DNA from: an uncultured cyanobacterium
Lineage (GTDB): Bacteria; Cyanobacteriota; Cyanobacteriia; Cyanobacteriales; CAWCAG01
NCBI GenBank assembly: GCA_963803805.1
Contig: CAWDOD010000007.1
Location: 160,001-224,000 of the forward strand
DNA: 64,000 nt
Reading direction: 5' to 3'
Under the pieces are notes generated by a model. It worked only from the letters and a program-made list of their open reading frames with translations. It was not told the DNA's origin and ran no database searches. Positions within the stretch are counted from its first letter, which is position 1. Every line of letters starts with the position of its first letter. A program made the translations under genes and the position numbers. Below are positions 20,050-31,198 of this stretch, in pieces.

Positions 20050-21564
20050 ATGACTAAGGGGAAAAGTAAAATAGCAACTCAATCCTGGCAACCGGTGGAT
20101 CGGCTATCGGTAATACTCATCTCGATCCTCAGTGTAACTATTGCCATCTTGCTTTTGGTTGTTAGTCCAGTCGGACCAAAAGTTAGGGATTTTAGTTGGC
20201 AAGAACAGACAATTGGCGCAGAAGATAGGGCTTTTATTGTCACTTTTAATAGCCCTATGAAACGCGAGAGTGTGGAGAATAATCTTAAAATAGCTCCACC
20301 TTTACCCGGCAAAATTAGCTGGTCTGGCCGCCGCTTAGCCTATACCTTAGAAAATCCTGCTACCTATGGTCTTGATTATGAAGTAACGATCAAAGGCGCT
20401 AGAGAAAAAATTGGGAGCAAAGATAGTCAAGGAAAAGCCTTGCAACCATTCACTGGGCAATTCAAGAGTAGAAATCGTGCTTTTGCTTATATTGGTGTCG
20501 AAGGAGAAGAGAAAGGTAAGTTAATTCTCTATAATCTTACGGGCCGCCAACAAAGTATTCTTACTCCTGGTGACTTGATAGTTACAGATTTCCAGCCCTA
20601 TCCCCAAGGAGATCGCATTTTATTTGCTGCTGAAGAGTCAAAAGATTGGTCTAAAGGATTGAATAAGCAACAACTCTATTCTGTGGCTACGGGCATACAA
20701 TCTCAAGATGGAGAAGAATTAGCCCCAGGAGAAAACTTGCAAGTGGTTTTGGATAGTAAGAATTATCAAAACTTGCAATTTGCTATTTCTCAAGATGGGG
20801 AAATAGTTATTGTTAAAAGATTGAGTTGGCGTAATAAAAGTGATCAAGATTTATGGGTGATTAAAGGGGAACAAGAAGCAAAACCTTTGAAGCAAGAATT
20901 AACTGGGGATTTCGTCATTACTCCTGATAGTCAAGCAGTGGTTGTTCCCACCGGAAAAGATGGTAAAGGTGTGGGGGTTATACCTTTAGAAGCTGAGACT
21001 GAAACTATTGAATTTTTACCTAAATTTGGTCAAGTATTGAGTTTTGCGAGCGATGGCACAGCCGCAGCGATGGTAGATTTTAATAGCGATGATCCAGAAT
21101 TGCGTTATGCGCGATCGCTGTTTTTAGTCACTAACCAAGGGCTACAAAAAAAACTCCTTGATGTCAAGGGTTCTTTGATTGATTGTGCTTTCGATGCTAA
21201 CCGCAAAAATCTCTATTGTCTCCTCAGTGAGTTGAAAGAAGAGGAAGGATATCAAGAACAACCTTACTTAGCCAAGTTTGATTTAGAAGATACCGAAAAT
21301 CCTACGGTTACGCCCCTAGCTTTGTTGCCAGAACAACTAGATGTACAAATGAGTTTAGCCCCCGATGGCTTAGGAATTTTGGTAGATCAGGTTATACCCA
21401 CAGAAACAGATTCTCCTGAAGCATTGAGAAGCGATTCTGGGCAACCGATAGCTACCAGTCGCCTTTGGTTATTGTTGCTTCCTACTCCAGGGGCTGAATC
21501 CCCTAAACCTCCTGCTTTAGAAGAGTTGCCTTTACCAGGTTTCAAGCCCCAGTGGATGCCTTGA
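20050..21564 (+). CDS. Membrane-anchored Ig-like (Big_5) plus TolB-like beta-propeller protein
   Basis: N-terminal TM, FNSPMKRESVE...PPLPGKISWSGRRLAY, propeller-like repeats, PQWMP terminus. Confidence 0.7.
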   Translation: MTKGKSKIATQSWQPVDRLSVILISILSVTIAILLLVVSPVGPKVRDFSWQEQTIGAEDRAFIVTFNSPMKRESVENNLKIAPPLPGKISWSGRRLAYTLENPATYGLDYEVTIKGAREKIGSKDSQGKALQPFTGQFKSRNRAFAYIGVEGEEKGKLILYNLTGRQQSILTPGDLIVTDFQPYPQGDRILFAAEESKDWSKGLNKQQLYSVATGIQSQDGEELAPGENLQVVLDSKNYQNLQFAISQDGEIVIVKRLSWRNKSDQDLWVIKGEQEAKPLKQELTGDFVITPDSQAVVVPTGKDGKGVGVIPLEAETETIEFLPKFGQVLSFASDGTAAAMVDFNSDDPELRYARSLFLVTNQGLQKKLLDVKGSLIDCAFDANRKNLYCLLSELKEEEGYQEQPYLAKFDLEDTENPTVTPLALLPEQLDVQMSLAPDGLGILVDQVIPTETDSPEALRSDSGQPIATSRLWLLLLPTPGAESPKPPALEELPLPGFKPQWMP

Positions 21565-21704
21565 CATTGAACATTAAACATTGTTGGCGTTAGCCTTGCC
21601 ACTAGGCTGCATTAAATATTTTTTCTATTCAAAAGCTAACAGCTATAGGCGTTTCGCGCAGCGTTGCCGCAGGCTAGCCTTGTCGTAAGACTAAGCTAAA
21701 ATCA

Positions 21705-22716
21705 ACGTGAGTTCGACGGAGGAAAAAGAGAGAAAAGAAAAGCATCAGAGGTATGCTGAAAATGAATCTTAATCAGAATCTGATGCTATGTCCAATATTG
21801 TATCTCGTCTCGATATCACCCAAATATTCTGTCAGGTAGATGACTTTTATCAAAGGTTTGAGAGGCATTGGCAACAACAGCCAATGTTAACAGCAACTTG
21901 TGGAGAGCGTCTATGTCGCTCCCGCCTAAGCCTAAGCGAAGTGATGACCATTGTCATTGCCTTTCATGGTTCGGGATTTCGCACTTTTAAAGAATTTTAC
22001 ACTCTACAAGTCTTGCCTTACTGGAAGAAAGCTTTTCCCAACTTGGTCAGTTACACTCGATTCGTAGAGCTAATGCCGTGGAGCTTAATGCTTCTTTGCT
22101 GTTTTCTACATACTCTTCGAGGAGAAATTACCGGCATCAGCTTTATTGATTCTACCCCCATTGAGGTCTGCCACCCGAATCGCTCCAAAAGCCACCGTGT
22201 TTTTGAAGGTTTGGTAGGTTGGGGCAAAAATGCTATGGGATGGCATTATGGCTTCAAGCTACATCTAATTATTAATGACAAAGGTGAGCTGCTTGCTTTC
22301 AAACTTACAGAGGGTAATACTGATGACCGTAACCCTGTGCCAGATATGGCTGATGGCTTGATTGGTAAGTTATTTGGCGACCGAGGTTATATTTCTCAGG
22401 ATTTGTTTGAGAAACTCTATGAACAAAGACTACAACTGATTACACACCGCAAGAAAAATATGAAGCCGAAGTTAATGCGTCTTCAGGATAAGATTCTCCT
22501 ACGTAAGCGTTCTCTGATTGAGACTGTTAATGACCAGCTCAAGAATATCTGTCAGATTCAGCATTCAAGACACCGTAGCGTTTGGAATTTTTTGGTTAAT
22601 CTCTTAGCTGGTCTAATCGCTTATACTTTCTTGCCCAAAAAGCCTTCCCTTGACCTTGACCCCAAAGGCCTAGCTGAACTTCCTTCTGCTGTTTTTTAAC
22701 TTCATCGAACTCACGT
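21705..22716 (+). mobile_element. Complete IS982-family insertion sequence
   Basis: TIRs ACGTGAGTTCGACGGAG (21705) and CTTCATCGAACTCACGT (ending 22716). Perfect 8-bp target duplication TAAAATCA at 21697-21704 and 22717-22724. Confidence 0.96.
21788..22699 (+). CDS. IS982-family DDE transposase
   Basis: FIDSTP, WHYGFKLHL, GDRGYIS, RSLIETVNDQLKN, HSRHRS. Confidence 0.96.
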   Translation: MSNIVSRLDITQIFCQVDDFYQRFERHWQQQPMLTATCGERLCRSRLSLSEVMTIVIAFHGSGFRTFKEFYTLQVLPYWKKAFPNLVSYTRFVELMPWSLMLLCCFLHTLRGEITGISFIDSTPIEVCHPNRSKSHRVFEGLVGWGKNAMGWHYGFKLHLIINDKGELLAFKLTEGNTDDRNPVPDMADGLIGKLFGDRGYISQDLFEKLYEQRLQLITHRKKNMKPKLMRLQDKILLRKRSLIETVNDQLKNICQIQHSRHRSVWNFLVNLLAGLIAYTFLPKKPSLDLDPKGLAELPSAVF

Positions 22717-22895
22717 TAAAATCAGAAAATTTTGAATACTTCATTAATTGGAATACTTTTTAATTGGAATACTTTTACTGTTTACTGTATTCGCTTGGTG
22801 GGTATTTTTTTTTGGGCTTTTGATTGGCTGTAAGCGGAATCAGCTTAATTGAGGTTGTATAAACACTTAAACCACAAAGTATAACCACACAAAAT

Positions 22896-23933
22896 ATGCT
22901 GATAGCAAAGTCAACTAGTAAGACTGTTTTAATACTGAGTATATTAATACTTACCGCTTGTGCAGGAGAAGCAAATCAAGGGACTAAATCTGAGTTAGAA
23001 AAATCTTTCCAAGAATTGTGTCTCCAAAAAGCCAACTTATCAACCGAAGTAAGTAAGACTATAGATGCACTACTAGAAGAAGCCGGGACAACTGATTGTG
23101 AAGCAGCTAACGCAGAGTTGTTAAGTCGCACACAGCTTAGCCTCTTTGATAAGGAAATTACAGATATTAGCCCAATAGCTGGGTTTACCAATCTAGAGGG
23201 ACTTATCTTAGACAAAAATCAGGTCAAGGATATTACTCCTTTAACCAAACTGACTAACTTAGATTCTCTTACCCTCGCCAGCAACCAAATCGTAGATATT
23301 ACCCCTCTAGCTGGACTGACTAATCTAGAAGGCCTTGCTCTTAACAATAACCAAATCGTAGATGTTACTCCTCTAGCTGGACTCACCAATCTAGAGATTC
23401 TTACTCTCAACGATAACCAAATCAACGATCTTACCCCTCTAATCGGACTCACAAATCTAGAAGACATTACCCTAGACAACAACCAAATCAGTGATGTTGC
23501 TTCTCTAGCTGGACTGACTAATCTAGACGGCCTTACTCTATATAACAACCAAATTACTGATGTTACTCCTCTAGCTAAACTTACAAAATTACAGTACCTT
23601 GACCTCCACAAAAACCAAATTACTGATATTACCCCGATAGCCAAACTTACACAACTAGACTCCCTTAGCCTGGACAACAACCAAATTGTCGATGTTACTC
23701 CTTTAGCTGGACTTACAAATTTACAGTACCTTACCCTCACGGACAACCAAATCGCTGATGTTACCTCAATAGCGAGACTCACCAATTTAGACTCCCTTTA
23801 CCTCAGCGACAATCAAATCACAACAGTCGATTCTCTATCAGGATTAACAAAGCTAAGTTGGCTTGCTCTTGAGGGAAATCCTCTTACACAAGAAACTTGC
23901 CCAGTAGATGAATCTATTTGTCATTTTGATTGA
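22896..23933 (+). CDS. Internalin-like leucine-rich-repeat lipoprotein
   Basis: Lipobox LTA-C, Cys-containing cap, about 11 22-aa LRRs (LTNLxxLxLxxNQIxDxxPL). Confidence 0.9.
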   Translation: MLIAKSTSKTVLILSILILTACAGEANQGTKSELEKSFQELCLQKANLSTEVSKTIDALLEEAGTTDCEAANAELLSRTQLSLFDKEITDISPIAGFTNLEGLILDKNQVKDITPLTKLTNLDSLTLASNQIVDITPLAGLTNLEGLALNNNQIVDVTPLAGLTNLEILTLNDNQINDLTPLIGLTNLEDITLDNNQISDVASLAGLTNLDGLTLYNNQITDVTPLAKLTKLQYLDLHKNQITDITPIAKLTQLDSLSLDNNQIVDVTPLAGLTNLQYLTLTDNQIADVTSIARLTNLDSLYLSDNQITTVDSLSGLTKLSWLALEGNPLTQETCPVDESICHFD

Positions 23934-24007
23934 TCATGAGCGGAATTAGCTTGATGGAAACTGTAGAAATACTTACACGATGAAGCAATAACCGCAAACA
24001 TACACTA

Positions 24008-25396
24008 ATGGCAAAATTAACTAACAATCCCGTTTTAATACTAGGTACATTAATACTCACCGCTTGGGAAACTCAGGCAACTTATGCGGTTGGACTTAGT
24101 TTAGAAAGCTCTTTTCAGGAGTGGTGTTTGCAAAAAGATGAACTATCAACAGCAGCAAGGAAGACTGTAGATGCACTACTAGAAGAAGCTGGGACAACTG
24201 ATTGTGAAGCGGCTAACAACGAATTATCTCGCCGTAGCGAACTCTTCCTTAATCTCCAAGAAATCACAGATGTTGCCCCCATAGCGGGACTCATCAATCT
24301 AGAGTACCTTTCTTTAGCAGGCAACAAAATCACTGATGTTACACCTTTAGCCAAACTCACCAACCTCTCATCACTTGACCTAAGCGATAACCAAATTACA
24401 GATGCTACTCCTTTAGCGATACTCACGAATCTTAAGGGTCTTGGCCTCAGCGATAACCAAATTAGTGATCTCAGTTTTTTAATACCACTTACCAAGCTGA
24501 GTGGTATTAACCTTGAGCGTAACCAAATTAGTGATCTCACTTCTTTGAGTGGACTAATTAATTTAGAGGGGCTTGATTTAAGGGATAATCAAATCTCAGA
24601 TATTAATTCTTTGAGGGGGCTGACTAAACTAGGATTCCTCAACCTCGATAACAACCAAATAACTGATATCACTTCTCTGGGTGGGCTAACTAATTTAGAG
24701 ATACTTTCCCTGCGCTTCAACGAAATAACTGAGATTAATTCTCTGAGCGGACTGAATAATCTAGAGATGCTTTCCCTGGGCTTTAATGAAATAACTGAGA
24801 TTAATTCTCTGAGCGGACTGACTAATCTAAAGTCTCTTGACATAGACAAAAATCAAATCGTAGATGTTACTCCTTTAAGAGGACTGAATGATTTAGAGTC
24901 CCTTACTCTAAGCGAGCATAAAATCACTGGTGTTGTTCCTGATTTGAGTTCTCTAGCGGCACTTCCTAATCTGCGATCGCTTGACCTAACTGGTAGCCAA
25001 ATTAACGATCTTACTACTCTGTCTGGACTCACTAACTTGAAATCTCTTTACCTCTGGGAAAACCAAATCGCTGATGTTACCCCTCTGTCTGGACTCACTA
25101 ATTTAACAAGCCTTTACCTGGGCAACAACCAAATCGCTGATGTTACCCCTCTGTCTAGACTCACTAATTTAAGAATACTTTTCCTGAACAACAACCAAAT
25201 CACTGATGTTACCCCTCTGTCTGGACTCACTAACTTAGAATTTCTTTATCTCTACAATAACCAAATCACAACGGTTAGTTCTCTATCACCATTAACTAAC
25301 TTAACCAAACTCCATCTCAATGAAAACCCCCTCCTACAGGAAACTTGCCCAGTAGAGCAATCAGCTTGTACTTTTGGCTCAATCTCAGCAGAATAA
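24008..25396 (+). CDS. Internalin-like LRR protein (tandem paralogue)
   Basis: Same cap (DALLEEAGTTDCEAAN) and C-cap (NPLxQETCPV) as the upstream gene, about 16 LRRs; lipobox Cys replaced by Trp. Confidence 0.9.
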   Translation: MAKLTNNPVLILGTLILTAWETQATYAVGLSLESSFQEWCLQKDELSTAARKTVDALLEEAGTTDCEAANNELSRRSELFLNLQEITDVAPIAGLINLEYLSLAGNKITDVTPLAKLTNLSSLDLSDNQITDATPLAILTNLKGLGLSDNQISDLSFLIPLTKLSGINLERNQISDLTSLSGLINLEGLDLRDNQISDINSLRGLTKLGFLNLDNNQITDITSLGGLTNLEILSLRFNEITEINSLSGLNNLEMLSLGFNEITEINSLSGLTNLKSLDIDKNQIVDVTPLRGLNDLESLTLSEHKITGVVPDLSSLAALPNLRSLDLTGSQINDLTTLSGLTNLKSLYLWENQIADVTPLSGLTNLTSLYLGNNQIADVTPLSRLTNLRILFLNNNQITDVTPLSGLTNLEFLYLYNNQITTVSSLSPLTNLTKLHLNENPLLQETCPVEQSACTFGSISAE

Positions 25397-25459
25397 GCGC
25401 AATAGAAAAGAGCATCCCACAGTGATGCAACCAAGTAAAAATCACACCAGCAATACTAA

Positions 25460-25720
25460 TCCTTCTAAACAACGGTGATAAGGAAAATTCTCCTAAGCAA
25501 TCAGCGTTTCTTGTTGTCATCACACTATCGCTTAATTCAAAGGCCGCATCATGAGCTTTTCCTAGCATTTGATAGGTTTCTTGACGAAACTTTCTCAATC
25601 GTTCATATTTCATGGTAGGGAGATTTATGTATTTAGATTCCTCTGAATCATTTTCTCCCTCTTTTCCCTTTTTTCTCTACTGTTTTCCCTTCTCTTCCTT
25701 TTCGTTAGTCTAAACTACAG
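25460..25720 (-). mobile_element. Truncated IS remnant (IS701/IS4-like transposase N-terminus)
   Basis: MKYERLRKFRQETYQMLGKAHDAAFELSDSVMTTRNADCLGEFSLSPLFRR from ATG 25613, after which similarity stops. The outer boundary is inferred. Confidence 0.7.
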
Positions 25721-26943
25721 TTATCAGTAATCCTCTGCATTGCTTCTTCTACATTTTCCCGACTATTAAACGCAGAGATGCGGAAATAACCTTCCCCCGC
25801 AGCCCCAAACCCTGAACCAGGAGTCCCTACTACATAGCAAGTTTGCAACAACTTATCAAAGAAGTCCCAACTAGAAAGTCCTTGGGGAGTTTTGAGCCAA
25901 ATATAAGGTGCGTGTACACCACCATAAACACTAATTCCGGCTGCGGTTAGTTTTTCGCGGATGATTTTGGCATTTTCTAAATAGAAGCTAATCAACTCTT
26001 TGATTTGTTGTTGTCCTGCTTCGGAATAAACTGCTTCTGCCCCCCTTTGGATAATGTAGGATACGCCATTAAATTTGGTTGCTTGACGGCGATTCCACAG
26101 CTTCCATAACTCCACATCAGAACCGTCAGAGGCTTTGGCAGTTAAACCTTTGGGTACAACAGTAAAGGCACAGCGAGTTCCTGTGAAACCAGCATTTTTA
26201 GAAAAAGAACGAAATTCGATCGCACAATCCCTTGCCCCGATAATTTCGTATATAGAATGGGGAATTTCTGGATCGGTTATGTAAGCTTCGTAAGCGGCAT
26301 CAAAAAGAATTAAAGAGTTATTGCTTTTGGCATAATCTACCCAAGCTTTGAGGTTTTCTTTAGAAGCCACAACTCCTGTGGGATTGTTGGGGAAACAAAG
26401 GTAAATTAAATCAACTTTTTGCTTGGGAATTTCCGCCGTAAAATCATTCTCAGCAGTGATAGGTAAATAAACTAAACCCTCGTATTCCCCCTGCTCGTTA
26501 GCAGCACCTGTATGTCCTGCCATGACGTTAGTATCAACATAAACCGGATAAACAGGGTCTGTAACAGCGATGGTATTATCATTACCGAAGATATCAAGGA
26601 TGTTGCCTGTATCACACTTAGCACCATCAGAAATAAAGATTTCCGAAGCATCAACTTCACAACCCCGCGCCTGGAAGTCAGTGGCAGCAATTTTCTCCCT
26701 TAACCAAAGATAGCCTTGTTCTGGGCCATACCCTTGAAAAGTTTCGCGATCGCCCATTTCCTGAGTTGCTGCAATGATTGCACTCCGGCAAGCTTCTGGT
26801 AAAGGTTCTGTGACATCACCAATACCAAGTTTAATTAAAGGTGCATCAGGATGAGCTTCAGCAAAGTTGCTAACCCGTCGTCCAATTTCCGGGAAAAGGT
26901 AGCCAGCTTTAAGCTTGAGGTAATTATCGTTAATAGTTGTCAT
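25705..26943 (-). CDS. dapL: LL-diaminopimelate aminotransferase
   Basis: [41 protein letters not shown]. Confidence 0.97.
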   Translation of the reverse strand: MTTINDNYLKLKAGYLFPEIGRRVSNFAEAHPDAPLIKLGIGDVTEPLPEACRSAIIAATQEMGDRETFQGYGPEQGYLWLREKIAATDFQARGCEVDASEIFISDGAKCDTGNILDIFGNDNTIAVTDPVYPVYVDTNVMAGHTGAANEQGEYEGLVYLPITAENDFTAEIPKQKVDLIYLCFPNNPTGVVASKENLKAWVDYAKSNNSLILFDAAYEAYITDPEIPHSIYEIIGARDCAIEFRSFSKNAGFTGTRCAFTVVPKGLTAKASDGSDVELWKLWNRRQATKFNGVSYIIQRGAEAVYSEAGQQQIKELISFYLENAKIIREKLTAAGISVYGGVHAPYIWLKTPQGLSSWDFFDKLLQTCYVVGTPGSGFGAAGEGYFRISAFNSRENVEEAMQRITDNCSLD

Positions 26944-27091
26944 AATTAATTTCTACACACGCCATAAAACAGCTTATACCATAAGATCTGGTGGTCACGC
27001 TTTCCCACTTACCGTAACCTACATTATTTGCCAGAAATTGAAAAAATGCCTTTTTCGACGTAAATACCTATGCAAAATGCAAGATTAAGTT

Positions 27092-27143
27092 TTGTGACAA
27101 TTGCCTAGAAGTTGCGTAAAACATAGCAATCTCACCAGAGAAC
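27092..27143 (+). promoter_or_regulatory. Putative alternative-sigma promoter, copy 1 (sigma operon)
   Basis: TTGTGA(27092), GCGTAAA(27114-27120), N17, GAGAA(27138-27142). Confidence 0.7.
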
Positions 27144-27213
27144 CAGATGAAGGTGAGTAATTCACTTGAATAACCTATGAATAACCTAGAAGTTCTTACA
27201 TATTCTGGCCAGG

Positions 27214-27852
27214 GTGATGAATGAACTAGATGAGTCCTTGAAAGAGCTAGCTAAAAAAGCGCAGGGTTATCCTGTAGGGAGCAAAGAGCGCAATCGAGTT
27301 TTGCATCAGTTATGGAACAAAATACAGCAAAATTCCCATAAACTTTGCCGTCCTTTCCGAGGGCAGTTTATCAACTATCAACAAATTTATGTTGAAGCAG
27401 TGTATAAGTTGCTAGCTTATGTTTGTCAAAATATAGATCAGTATGATCCTGACAAAGGAGAACTTTTACAATGGGCAGCTAATCATAAACGTATGAAAGG
27501 CTTTTTTGAGAAAGCTTATCGGGAGATGAAGCCGATTGGAAATGCTAATTTGCCGAGGAAAACTTTACAAGATTTAGCAGAATTAAAAGAATCTAGTAAT
27601 AAGCCGGGGAAACTAGCTTCTGAGCAAATTATTGCTTATGTAGCTGAAGATCCTGATGGAATATTTAAGAGTAAATCTCTAAATGGCAATGAGGAGGCCA
27701 ACTTTAAGATGATTTTTACTAAATATCATCAAGGCTACTCGTTTCAAGAAATTGCCCAACAATTGCAGGAAAAATATTCCACTGTACATAGTTTTTATCA
27801 CCGCAACTTGAGTTATTTTGCGGAAACAATTAAAGCATATTTAAGTAATTAG
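27214..27852 (+). CDS. Sigma-70-like (ECF/HetZ-related) RNA polymerase sigma factor
   Basis: Region-2-like YVEAVYKLLAYVCQNIDQYDPDKG..W and region-4 HTH GYSFQEIAQQLQEKYSTVHSFYHR; lies upstream of DUF1822. Confidence 0.8.
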   Translation: MMNELDESLKELAKKAQGYPVGSKERNRVLHQLWNKIQQNSHKLCRPFRGQFINYQQIYVEAVYKLLAYVCQNIDQYDPDKGELLQWAANHKRMKGFFEKAYREMKPIGNANLPRKTLQDLAELKESSNKPGKLASEQIIAYVAEDPDGIFKSKSLNGNEEANFKMIFTKYHQGYSFQEIAQQLQEKYSTVHSFYHRNLSYFAETIKAYLSN

Positions 27853-27867
27853 TTAGGAGGTTGAAAA

Positions 27868-28818
27868 ATGCTAAGAGAATCGAATTCTTCTGGTGTAATT
27901 ATATCTTTAGGTGCAAAAGCACATCAGCTTGCTGAGGCATTTTCTCAGCAACAAGCTCAAAGTCACAAGACAAAACAAGTTTATCTTAATACTTTAGCAG
28001 TTTATGCTGTCAATATTTATCTAGAAGGGATGGGGATTACTACTGATTTGAAGTCTAGCTATAGCTGGAATGCTGTTATGCAAACTATGGCTAACGTAGC
28101 AGATTTAGTAATACCGGAACGAGGTAGATTGGAATGTCGTTACTTGTTACCTGACCAAGAATCTTGTTATGTTCCCTCAGAGGTTTGGCTAGAGAGAACT
28201 GGTTATGTTGTAGTTAAGCTAGACCAAGATTTAAGTGAGGCGAGGTTATTAGGTTTTACCATTAAAGTAGAAGAAGAATATTTAGCCCTTACAAACTTAT
28301 TACCATTAGAAGATTTATTAGATAGACTAATTGGAAAACAAGAGAAATTGCAGTCATCTCCTATTCAGCTTAGTAACTGGCTTGATAATCTTTTTACTAA
28401 AGGCTGGCAATCTTTACAAGAATACTTACAGAGTCAAAATTATGAGCCTGGTTTCAATTTTAGAAGCCCTGCTTTAATCACTTCTAAGCCAAAAACAGGA
28501 AAAACCAACTTAGCCGAAGGAATCAAATTAATCAAATTTGAAAAAGCAGAGCAACAAGTTGCTTTAGTGGTGGGTGCAGACTTAAAAACTCAGTTAGAAT
28601 CTACTATTTCAGTTAAGGTTTTTCCTTTGGGTAGCAGTACTTATCTTCCCCAAGATTTACAATTACTAATTTTAAGTGAAACGGGGGAACCAGTAGTACA
28701 AACTAAAGCGAAAGCCACCAAACAAATTGAAGTAGAGTTTAGTGGAGAAAAGGGAGAACAATTTAGGGTTAAAGTTGTTTTGGATGATTTTAGTATTACT
28801 GAAACATTTTCAATTTAA
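27868..28818 (+). CDS. DUF1822 family protein (putative anti-sigma factor)
   Basis: KQVYLNTLAVYAVN, ADL...GRLECR, GYVVV, LLGF, LSNWL...GWQ, FSGEKGEQFRV. AGGAGG RBS upstream. Confidence 0.88.
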   Translation: MLRESNSSGVIISLGAKAHQLAEAFSQQQAQSHKTKQVYLNTLAVYAVNIYLEGMGITTDLKSSYSWNAVMQTMANVADLVIPERGRLECRYLLPDQESCYVPSEVWLERTGYVVVKLDQDLSEARLLGFTIKVEEEYLALTNLLPLEDLLDRLIGKQEKLQSSPIQLSNWLDNLFTKGWQSLQEYLQSQNYEPGFNFRSPALITSKPKTGKTNLAEGIKLIKFEKAEQQVALVVGADLKTQLESTISVKVFPLGSSTYLPQDLQLLILSETGEPVVQTKAKATKQIEVEFSGEKGEQFRVKVVLDDFSITETFSI

Positions 28819-28851
28819 TTCTAGGTTGCAAGTATTAGGGTAAAGTGCATT

Positions 28852-31198
28852 ATGGGTAGATTAGTAATTTTAAAGTTAGATGGCAATTTGCATTCAATAG
28901 GTTTTCGAGTAACCTTAGAAGTAGAATCAAGAAGGTCATCGTTTTGGGGACTTACAAGGAAATTTACCTGCTAATCCAGAATTAGTAGAAAAGTTACAGG
29001 AGCATTGGTTAGAAAATTATCGTAAAATTGGTTCCCCGGCACGTATTAAAGTTAAGAAAGTTACTTATAGTGGTTCTGTTAATAAGTTGGTTGAAGAGTC
29101 AGGTAAACAACTTAAAAAAAGTTTGAACCAATGGCTTGCTTCACCGGAATTCAGTGAAATCAACAACTATTTACGCACAGTATTAAGCCCCAGTGAAGTA
29201 ATTCGTTTCTTAATTCGTACTGATGATACAAATGTTTTGAAACTTCCCTGGGAAGAGTGGCAATTCTTTGTAGATTATCCCAAAGCAGAAGTCGGCTACG
29301 GGGGAACTAAGTTTAGTAAACCACAACAGGTTGTTACAAAAAAAAAGCCAGCTAAGGTTCGTATCTTGGCAATCTTGGGACATAGTGAAGGTATTAACCT
29401 CGAAGCAGATGAACGGCTGTTGCGGAGTTTGCCAGGGGCTGATGAACCTGTATTTTTAGTACAACCGAAACGTAAAGATATTAATGATAGTTTGTGGGAA
29501 CAACCTTGGGATATTATATTTTTTGCCGGACATAGTATTACCGAAAATGACGAGGGAAAGATTTATCTTAATGATGAGGAAAGTTTAACCATTGATGAAT
29601 TGTGGCACGCTTTAAGAAAAGCAGTCAACAATGGCTTAAAATTAGCTATATTCAACTCCTGCGACGGTTTAGGCTTAGCTAAACGCCTAGATGACATTAA
29701 CATTCCGCAAATGATTGTTATGCGGGAGTTAGTACCAGACAAAGTTGCCCAACAATTTCTTAAATACTTCCTCAGCGCCTTTTCTGGTGGCAAACCCTTT
29801 TATTTAGCAGCAAGGGAAGCGAGGGAACAGTTGCATTGGTTAGAAGAGGAGTTTCCTTGTGCTACTTGGTTGCCAGTGATTTTTCAAAATGTCGGTGAAG
29901 CCGCTTTGACTTGGGAAGAGTTAAAGGGAGCTAAGAAGCCTAAATCAGCTTTGCAGGATCTTTCTTGGCGACGGGGTTTGCAAATGGTATTGCTAACCAG
30001 TTTGGTGGTTACTAGTTGTGTGGTGGGGTTGCGATCGCAGTCTGTTTTTAAGCCATTGGAGTTGAAAGCGTTTGATCACCTGATGCAGCAAAGGAAAGAT
30101 CAAGGGTCTGATCCTCGTATTTTAGTTGTAGAAATAACGGATGCAGATCAAAGGCTTCCGGAACAAAAAGGTAAAAAGCAAGGTTCCTCTATTTCTGACT
30201 TTGCACTAGAGAAACTTTTAGACAAGCTAGAATCATATCAACCACGAGTAATAGGTTTAACGCTATTTCGCGATCCTCCTGACTACGCACCAGAATTACC
30301 AGAACTTAAAGAACGTTTTCAAAAAAGCAAAGTCCTTTACGGAATTTGCAATGTAGATGAATTAGGAGATGGAGAAAGAGGATTTTTGCCTCCTCCAACC
30401 TTACCAGAAAAGCGTCTAGGTTTTACTAATGGTATAGGTGATGACGACAATGTAATCCGCCGCTCTATCCTGTTTATGGATACACCTGCAACGTCAGTTT
30501 GCCCAACATCTTTTTCTATTACCCTTAAGCTAGTAGAAGCATATTTGGAACAAGAAAGTATTCCGCATCCAGTAATTAAGCTGCCGAAACACTCTAACGA
30601 TAGTTTGTATATAGGCAATGTGCTAATTCCTAATTTACGCTACAATCCAGGAATTTATGGAAATAGCGATGATGATAATTGGGGATATAAATCAATTATT
30701 AATTATCGGTCTTATCGTTCTGTTTTGGAAATAGCAGACAAAGTTAGCTTAGAAGATATTTTAAGAGACAAAGTTATCTCGTCAAAAATAAAAAACAAGA
30801 TAATTTTGATCGGTTCAAATAAGAGCTTACCTGATAACAAACACCAGACCCCTTATAACCAGAAAATACCTGGTGTAATTCTTCAAGCACAAATGGTTAG
30901 TCAGCTTCTCAGTAGGGTTCTTGATGACCGACCTCTAATTGTTTTCTGGCCTCCCTGGCTGAATTTTATCTGGATTGCTGCTTGGTCTTTTTTAGGAGGT
31001 ATTTTAACCTGGTGTTTACGTTCCCAGTTTAATTTGTTAGTAGCAGTAATTATATCTTTAGCTTCTTTATATGGGGCTTGTTTGTATTTATTAACTCAAG
31101 GTTTTTGGATTCCCTTAATTCCTTCAGTTTTGACTTTATTTGGTACTGCTGCTGTAGTGCTTTCAATCATCAATTTGAAAAAATCTCGTTCAATATGA
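28852..31198 (+). CDS. CHAT protease-CHASE2 sensor membrane protein (+1 frameshift near 28930)
   Basis: True N-terminus MGRLVILKLDG at 28852 continues in the +1 frame (EGHRFGDLQGNLPANPEL). CHAT motifs FFAGHS and FNSCDG, a TM, CHASE2 (DPRILVVEITDAD, PGVILQAQMVSQL), three C-terminal TMs. Confidence 0.88.

Noticed and set aside
22976-25434. Antisense ORFs over the LRR genes
   Set aside because: Shadow frames produced by repetitive LRR codon usage.
31078-31194. Extended N-termini in the ORF track (DUF928 from 31078, Uma2 from 32783, HlyD from 50159)
   Set aside because: They overlap neighbouring genes or precede the family-typical start. ATGs at 31195, 32693 and 50333 fit better.
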